Shown here piece after piece: positions 26,482 through 32,000 of a DNA stretch of 32,000 nucleotides (the stretch's first letter is position 1; each line of letters begins with the position of its first letter). Both the position numbers and the translations under genes were made by a program. Origin of the DNA: Candidatus Nitrosopumilus koreensis AR1 (GTDB taxonomy: Archaea > Thermoproteota > Nitrososphaeria > Nitrososphaerales > Nitrosopumilaceae). Below the pieces are notes generated by a model. It was not told the DNA's origin. It did no database searches and was given only the letters and a program-made list of their open reading frames with translations. Location of the stretch: assembly GCF_000299365.1 (NCBI RefSeq), contig NC_018655.1:450001-482000 (forward strand), given 5' to 3'.

Positions 26482-27042
26482 ATGGAACGATATATGCTAC
26501 ATTTGAAAAACACTCGTTACACACCTGAGAATTCACGTGAGGTTGTCTACAAGGCAAGAGATCTTGCATCTGATATGAATGCCTCAATCCGAGTTGCTAG
26601 AATTGCCAAGAAGTTTGTTGAATTAGATGTTTCAGTTGAAAAAGAAGACCTTGACAAACTGGTTGACAAATTATCCCCTATTGGACCAATTGATAACATT
26701 CGTCATGTCCTTGAAGAAGAAATTGAAAAAGAGAAGGGAATCGCTGATGGAATATTTTATTTTAACAATGAACGATTTTGGGAAAGTCATGAAGCATTTG
26801 AAGGTGTTTGGAAAAAATGCTTTGGACGGGAAAAAGAAATTGTTCAAGGAATTATCTTAATGGCAGTTGCTTTTGCACATGCTCAAAAAAATGAATTAAG
26901 CATTGGGATTGGAATGCTTCGAAGAGTTTTAGAAAAATTAGGAACTTCTCCTTCTAAATATCACTCAATTGATGTTGATAGAATTAGAACTAAAGCAATT
27001 GAAATGCAACAAGAAAATAAACTGACTACGTTTGAGATTTGA
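26482..27042 (+). CDS. DUF309-domain protein
   Basis: DGIFYFNNERFWESHEAFEGVWKKCFGREKEIVQGIILMAVAFAHAQKNE matches the DUF309 signature; start moved to ATG 26482 (MERYMLHLKN). Confidence 0.82.
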   Translation: MERYMLHLKNTRYTPENSREVVYKARDLASDMNASIRVARIAKKFVELDVSVEKEDLDKLVDKLSPIGPIDNIRHVLEEEIEKEKGIADGIFYFNNERFWESHEAFEGVWKKCFGREKEIVQGIILMAVAFAHAQKNELSIGIGMLRRVLEKLGTSPSKYHSIDVDRIRTKAIEMQQENKLTTFEI

Positions 27043-28312
27043 TTAATTCTAAAGATTTTGTAACTACCTCTGCACCCTGAAGAAGACCTATGCTTCCTTT
27101 CTTTGCTTGGGCTTCAGTCATTCTGGTTGTGCCATCTTTTTTAATAAAATCTCCAGAAACTAAAACTGGAACTGGGTCATCACTATGTCCTTTATTGATG
27201 CAAGGAGTCGAATGATCAGCTGAAATTACTATTGCAACTTTGTTTGTATCTATGTTCTCAACAAGTGTTTTGAAGAATCGTTGATCAATTTCTTCTATGT
27301 TTTTCATTTTCCCTATGGCATCTCCATCGTGCCCAAATTCGTCAGGTCCTTTAAGATGTACATAAATTGAGTTTTGAGTTTCCATTGCTTTTGCAGCTAC
27401 TCTTGCTTTTTCTTCATAATCTGTTAACCCTCCAGCTTCAAATGCTTTCATTTTTAGTACTTCTGAAATTCCTAATTCTACTGGCATATCTACAATACAT
27501 GAAAAATTCATTCCATATTTTTCATTGATTGGAATTACGTCTGGATATTTGTTTCCTGCATCTCTGAGTAAAATACAACTAAGTTTCTTTTTACCCTGGT
27601 CTTCTCGTTTTTTGTTTATTTGACTTTCTTTACAAATATTGATTGTTTGTTCAGAGAATTCATTTACTATGTTTGCAGTAGATTTTGCATCCTCAATATC
27701 TTCTAAAGGTAAACATTTTTCAATTTTTAAAAAATCTCCAACAGCTTTTGCTACCCCCATACCTCCAATATTGCTGTATGCTGGATCTGTGTTAGTAATT
27801 TTTGATGATAGTTTTTTTCCATCATTTCTAATTCTAACCGTTACTCTGTGACCAATTGTTGGAGACACGACAACAGATGTATCTGGATTTGAGAACTTTA
27901 TTTTTTCTTCAATCTCTTTTGCTATCCCATCTGCATCTTCTTTTTCAATATGTCTGCCTGCCCTTCTGTCAATGATGACTCCTTGATCATCTAATGTTGA
28001 ATAATTTCCTCGTAATGCTAAATCTCCATCTTTAAAATCAATTCCAATTCCTATTGCCTCAATTACCCCTCTTCCTGCATAATCTTCATGTTTGAATTTG
28101 TATCCTAGCATGTTGAAAACAGCAATATCTGATTCCGGAGCAATTCCTTTCCCAACAGAAATTACTTCTCCAATTGCACCATTACTTGCAATTTTATCTA
28201 AAATTGGAGTATTTGCAGCCTCCAGTGGTGTTTTTCCATCTAAATCTGGATGTGGAAGATCTCCGACACCATCTAAAAGAACGTAAATCATATGAACGTC
28301 TGAATTATCCAT
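27026..28312 (-). CDS. apgM: 2,3-bisphosphoglycerate-independent phosphoglycerate mutase, archaeal type
   Basis: MIYVLLDGVGDLPHPDLDGKTPLEAANTPILDKIASNGAIGEV..., PESDIAVFNMLGY, YVHLKGPDEFGHDGDAIGKM, ADHSTPCINKGHSDDPVPVL. Start likely internal to the track ORF (28378), near the SDVHMIYVLLDG segment. Confidence 0.92.
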   Translation of the reverse strand: MDNSDVHMIYVLLDGVGDLPHPDLDGKTPLEAANTPILDKIASNGAIGEVISVGKGIAPESDIAVFNMLGYKFKHEDYAGRGVIEAIGIGIDFKDGDLALRGNYSTLDDQGVIIDRRAGRHIEKEDADGIAKEIEEKIKFSNPDTSVVVSPTIGHRVTVRIRNDGKKLSSKITNTDPAYSNIGGMGVAKAVGDFLKIEKCLPLEDIEDAKSTANIVNEFSEQTINICKESQINKKREDQGKKKLSCILLRDAGNKYPDVIPINEKYGMNFSCIVDMPVELGISEVLKMKAFEAGGLTDYEEKARVAAKAMETQNSIYVHLKGPDEFGHDGDAIGKMKNIEEIDQRFFKTLVENIDTNKVAIVISADHSTPCINKGHSDDPVPVLVSGDFIKKDGTTRMTEAQAKKGSIGLLQGAEVVTKSLELIKSQT

Positions 28313-28547
28313 GATTTTTCCCTGATTAATCCAGACCTGATGCTCTCCTTTAAAGTTTGCAACAAATTTTGCGATCAAAATAACAATGAAATTTTCAATT
28401 CTCTGTTTTTTGATTTCAAAAAAGAACTATTTTTGATGAAATTCGTATTTTCTTATTTTTAAAAATTTTTTTAAAAATAATTTTAATTTTTCCATATCAT
28501 TGGATCTTAGTAAACGTTTTAACAGACATTTACTGCAAATTACAATT

Positions 28548-29564
28548 ATGGGAGATATGCGCAAAGATTATGTTTCTGAGCGTTTCATGATTGTCTCCAA
28601 AAAAACAGATAAAGTTAAAGACCCAAAAAAATCCCCATTTGCTCCTGGAAACGAATCCATGACAAATCCTTCTGTTTTGTCTCTTGTTGCAAAAGATGGA
28701 ATGTTGCAAAGATTACAAGACAGTGATGATGAATTTGTTGAAGGGTGGTCTATCCGAGTTTTTGAAAGTAAAAATCCAATTGTGTCCGTTGACACTGAAA
28801 ACACTTACAGTGATAGACCCTTTTACAGTGAGCCTGCATATGGATACCATTACATTGTTGTTGCTTCTCCAAATCAAAAAGATACTTTTGCAACAATTGA
28901 TACTGAACAATGGTCTAACATTTTAGTAGTTGTTCAAGACCGTCTAAGATGGCTTTACACTCAAAAAGGTGTCACATACGTTTCAATTTATGCTGACCAA
29001 GGAGAATTGTCTGGCAGTACAACTCTTCATCCTCATCTCAACATACTAACATTTTCTACAATCCCTCCAATTATTGAAGAAGAAGCTGAAGCATCGCACA
29101 AAATTCTAAACGAAAAAGGTGTTTGCCCAATGTGTCAAACTGTTAATGAGGAAATCAGTGGTCCTAGACAGGTTCTTCAGACTGAAGGCTTTATCGCATT
29201 TTGTCCTTGGTCTCCCTCATATCCATATGAGTTTTGGATTGCTCCTAAGAAACATACTACTAGTTTCTCTAAAATCACTCAAAAAGAAATCAATGACCTG
29301 TCTCTAATTCTAAGAGCAACTCTTGGAGGATTGTCTCAAACCATCAAAAATGTTTCATACAATCTGGTTTTTCACCTTTCTCCTGAGAAAAAAAATAGCA
29401 GACAGATTCATTGGCATATTGAAATTTATCCAATCACAAAACCTTGGTCTGGATTGGAACGTGGATATGGTATTTTCTTAAATGATGTTTCTCCTGAAGA
29501 GGCTGCAGAAAAACTTGGTGCTGCTTGTAGAAAAGAACTAGCAAACCTAGTTGGAATTGTTTGA
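28548..29564 (+). CDS. GalT-like galactose-1-phosphate uridylyltransferase family protein (HIT superfamily)
   Basis: MGDMRKDYVSERFMIVSKKTDKVKDPKKSPFAPGNE..., PFYSEPAYGYHYIVVASPNQK, LHPHLNIL, CPMCQ, IHWHIEIYPI. In-frame ATG at 28548 aligned with the family start; track starts at 28500. Confidence 0.83.
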   Translation: MGDMRKDYVSERFMIVSKKTDKVKDPKKSPFAPGNESMTNPSVLSLVAKDGMLQRLQDSDDEFVEGWSIRVFESKNPIVSVDTENTYSDRPFYSEPAYGYHYIVVASPNQKDTFATIDTEQWSNILVVVQDRLRWLYTQKGVTYVSIYADQGELSGSTTLHPHLNILTFSTIPPIIEEEAEASHKILNEKGVCPMCQTVNEEISGPRQVLQTEGFIAFCPWSPSYPYEFWIAPKKHTTSFSKITQKEINDLSLILRATLGGLSQTIKNVSYNLVFHLSPEKKNSRQIHWHIEIYPITKPWSGLERGYGIFLNDVSPEEAAEKLGAACRKELANLVGIV

Positions 29565-29606
29565 TTTTTGAATAGTTTATTATTCAACCAATGTTTGTCA
29601 TAAATT

Positions 29607-30053
29607 ATGCAACTTGAAAATTGGTTAGGGCTTGGTAGTATTGCCTTTTTTGTATTATTTGTTCTTGTAACTAGTTCTCTTTACTTCTTCATGTTTGATG
29701 ATCCTAACACTTCTGATCTTCCTATTAATCCTGACAACTTTGCAAATCCAAAAATTCTTCAATTCATTTCAATTACTATTGCACCTGGAGGGATTTTAGC
29801 TGCGGTTGCATTCATTTTATCAAAATATTATGGCTCTAAAAGAATAGGTATGATGATTTTGATAGATGGTATTGTTTTACTTGCAGGAATGGCATTTTGT
29901 CAAACCCTTGTAGATAAAATTCATGATTCATACATAACAGATACTGTTTTGATTGTACCTCCATTGTTTATGGTATTATCTGCTCCTGTAATGTATTTTG
30001 GAATACGTTTGATGAAAGTTAGAAAGACTCGTCCAAAAAAAGAATATTTCTAA
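29607..30053 (+). CDS. Hypothetical four-TM membrane protein
   Basis: Four hydrophobic segments in 148 aa. Confidence 0.7.
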   Translation: MQLENWLGLGSIAFFVLFVLVTSSLYFFMFDDPNTSDLPINPDNFANPKILQFISITIAPGGILAAVAFILSKYYGSKRIGMMILIDGIVLLAGMAFCQTLVDKIHDSYITDTVLIVPPLFMVLSAPVMYFGIRLMKVRKTRPKKEYF

Positions 30054-30487
30054 ATGTGGTCGAACCTTAGTTCGTTTGCTACTTGTTTGAAACCTAATTT
30101 TTCATAAAATGGCTTTACATCATCCGTACAATCTAGAATTGTCTTGTAGCAGCCTTGATTTTTGGCAATTTCAAGAAGATATTTCATAATTTTTTCGCCA
30201 ATTTTTTGCCCTTGGAAATTTTTATCCACTACCACATCTTCGATATGGCCAACTAAGCCCCCTTTGTGGATGAATTTTTGTTCAATCAATAATGTAGTTG
30301 ATCCAACTACTCTCCCATCTATTTCTGCTATTGCTATCAAATAATCTGGATTTGAATCTATTTTTTCAAAAATTTCTTCTGCTTTACTTTTATCAATGTC
30401 ACTTGCTTTTCTTAATGAATCAAGTGTAGTAAGGAACCCCTTATCCAAATCACCTTTTCTTAATTTTCTGATTACTGGATCTCCCAT
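30050..30487 (-). CDS. GNAT acetyltransferase (glucosamine-phosphate N-acetyltransferase-like)
   Basis: VGSTTLLIEQKFIHKGGLVGHIEDVVVDKNFQGQKIGEKIMKYLLEIAKNQGCYKTILDCTDDVKPFYEKLGFK. Confidence 0.88.
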   Translation of the reverse strand: MGDPVIRKLRKGDLDKGFLTTLDSLRKASDIDKSKAEEIFEKIDSNPDYLIAIAEIDGRVVGSTTLLIEQKFIHKGGLVGHIEDVVVDKNFQGQKIGEKIMKYLLEIAKNQGCYKTILDCTDDVKPFYEKLGFKQVANELRFDHI

Positions 30488-30489
30488 TT

Positions 30490-31194
30490 TTATCCTCTAT
30501 TTCCAAATTTCTTGGCATATTCTTGATTTGCTTGTTTGTATGATTCTTTATTTCCAATATCGATAAATCCTTTTTTTGTAATGAAACTGTTAACCAGTTT
30601 TTTCTTGCTCATTGCTTTTTTAATGACATCATCCATTCCGTACGATTTGTTCCTTGGAATGTATTTCAAAATACCTGGTTCCATAACATAGCATCCCATA
30701 TTGATATTTGCTTTAATCTCTGGTTTTTCCACCCAACTTGTTACTTTACCTGTTTTTGAAGTATTAATCACTCCGTATTCCAAATTGGTTTTGTATTCGT
30801 ATAAACTCATGGTGGCAAACGCTTTCTTTGTTTTGTGTTGTTTGATCATATTTCTAAGACTAAAATCAAAAATGGAATCTCCATACACACAAACAAAAGT
30901 ATCGTCAATAAACTCTTCAGCTGTTTTGAGTTGACCTGCAGTGGCTAACGGTTTTTTTGAAATTGCATATTCTATGTTAACCCCAAATTTTTCTCCATCT
31001 TTAAAATAATCTTCAATTGATTTTCGAAGATAACTCACACACAACACTATTGATTTTACTCCATTTTTTTTATTCCAATCTATGAGATGTTCTAAAATTG
31101 GTTTTTTGCCTAATGGTAACATTGGTTTTGGAGTCTTGAGTGTTAGTGGACGTAATCTGGTACCTAGTCCTCCCGCTAGAATTACTGCCTTCAC
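30490..31194 (-). CDS. Sugar-phosphate nucleotidyltransferase
   Basis: MKAVILAGGLGTRLRPLTLKTPKPMLPLGKKPILEHLI... CVYGDSIFDFS; ends 2 bp upstream of the GNAT start. Confidence 0.92.
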   Translation of the reverse strand: MKAVILAGGLGTRLRPLTLKTPKPMLPLGKKPILEHLIDWNKKNGVKSIVLCVSYLRKSIEDYFKDGEKFGVNIEYAISKKPLATAGQLKTAEEFIDDTFVCVYGDSIFDFSLRNMIKQHKTKKAFATMSLYEYKTNLEYGVINTSKTGKVTSWVEKPEIKANINMGCYVMEPGILKYIPRNKSYGMDDVIKKAMSKKKLVNSFITKKGFIDIGNKESYKQANQEYAKKFGNRG

Positions 31195-31249
31195 AAATAT
31201 TCTTTCATGTGTGAGTATTTATGTTCAAGGATGATTTGATACTGTGATT

Positions 31250-32000
31250 TTATCCTGTAATTTTTAATATTTTTTTTAAAACATTTTCTGGTGTTTTGCC
31301 AAAAACAATAATCATTGGTTCTTTTCCAAAGTCCCCTTTATGATAAATTACATCTGGAATATTTTTTGAATTTTTAATTGCAAAATTTATTCCCCATTTA
31401 ATTGTCGAACCTTTGATTTTAACATCTTTGGGTTCTAAACTACGATCATAACTACCTACTATCAATTTAGATTTTTTAATTTTTGATATAGTTGTTTTTT
31501 GATATTTTAAATTAATTGCCGAACAAATTTGTGGATATTTCTTATTCATAGATAACAATGCAGTTGCAACGTGTTTTGAGCCACCGTATTTCAGTTCTCC
31601 AGCAACAATGACTCTTTTTTCTGCCTTGACAATTCTTCCTGAAATTCCCAAAACATCTTTTGTAGATTTTGGTTTTTGTTTTGAGAATACAAAATTTGTT
31701 TGGCATTCTGGAATATTTTTGTAAATTCCTTTTATTTCGGTAAATCTGTTTATTGCATTAGACAAGTCTTCTTTGATCTTGTCTTCACTCTGTATGTCTG
31801 TAATTAAAACACCTTTTCCAATCTTTTTTGCATTTTTTATCGAGTCGTATGTGAATTTTCTTGCAAAATACAATGATTCTTTGATGCTTTTCTTTTTTGC
31901 AAGAGAATAGACTATTGCAGCAGAGTGATTGCAACCACTACCGTGATTAATTTTTGAAATCTTTTCTCCTGATATGACATATTTTGTGTTTTTTTCTAGT
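31250..32000 (-). CDS. thiDN: ThiD-ThiN fusion (HMP-P kinase C-terminus plus thiamine-phosphate synthase ThiN domain), partial at window edge
   Basis: Minus-strand frame stays open to the window edge: LEKNTKYVISGEKISKINHGSGCNHSAAIVYSLAKKKSIKESLYFARKF... (ThiD-like) followed by ThiN-like ...NFVFSKQKPKSTKDVLGISGRIVKAEKRVIVAGELKYGGSKHVATALLSMNKKYPQICSAINLKY. The track start at 31873 is an internal TTG. Confidence 0.82.
   Translation of the reverse strand, partial: LEKNTKYVISGEKISKINHGSGCNHSAAIVYSLAKKKSIKESLYFARKFTYDSIKNAKKIGKGVLITDIQSEDKIKEDLSNAINRFTEIKGIYKNIPECQTNFVFSKQKPKSTKDVLGISGRIVKAEKRVIVAGELKYGGSKHVATALLSMNKKYPQICSAINLKYQKTTISKIKKSKLIVGSYDRSLEPKDVKIKGSTIKWGINFAIKNSKNIPDVIYHKGDFGKEPMIIVFGKTPENVLKKILKITG

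Noticed and set aside
26400-26513. N-terminal extension of rps24e (MFFKCSIYRSIVKFTKIFLNFLPISIKVYMKYLKDFGY)
   Set aside because: Overlaps the divergent DUF309 gene start and promoter region; S24e normally starts near [10 protein letters not shown]-like sequence.
28684-28926. ORFs on either strand inside 28500..29564 (28568..28804 -, 28684..28926 +, 28713..28910 -, 29119..29307 +)
   Set aside because: Shadow frames within the GalT-like gene.
1-32000. CRISPR, toxin-antitoxin, restriction-modification, transposon or prophage modules
   Set aside because: No direct-repeat/spacer pattern, transposase/integrase motif, or paired small toxin/antitoxin ORFs found; gene content is core metabolism and information processing.

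Overview
This 32 kb window looks like an ordinary, gene-dense, AT-rich chromosomal segment of an ammonia-oxidising archaeon (Nitrosopumilus-like Thaumarchaeota). That lineage call is my inference from family content and style; no database search was run. Most of the window is core housekeeping: pgk (partial), RPA-like OB protein, a hemB/hemA/precorrin-2-dehydrogenase cluster divergent from a fused Lrp-type siroheme decarboxylase-like (AhbA/B) gene, sufC, a TFB paralogue, gar1, srp19, rps8e, scpB/scpA, aIF1A, a cold-shock protein, aIF5A, dph6-like, srp54, pus10, rps27ae/rps24e, apgM, galT-like, a GNAT/nucleotidyltransferase pair and a partial thiD-thiN fusion. There are two intron-containing tRNAs (Leu-CAA and Tyr-GTA). 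I found no CRISPR array, transposon, integrase or recognisable defence system. The best second-look items are: (1) three consecutive genes at 9.9-12.1 kb that are each frame-disrupted (two short homopolymer deletions and one exact 14-bp tandem duplication), including an aldo/keto reductase and a chlorite-dismutase/HemQ-like protein beside the heme cluster; (2) a coiled-coil protein with an H1-like lysine-rich tail built on a 15-bp tandem repeat, where a 5-bp insertion switches the repeat from KKKAT to PKRKQ while keeping it basic; (3) a candidate C/D box sRNA between aIF5A and the dph6-like gene; and (4) small ORFs missing from the ORF track (a single zinc-finger microprotein, rps27ae and a 32-aa basic peptide).
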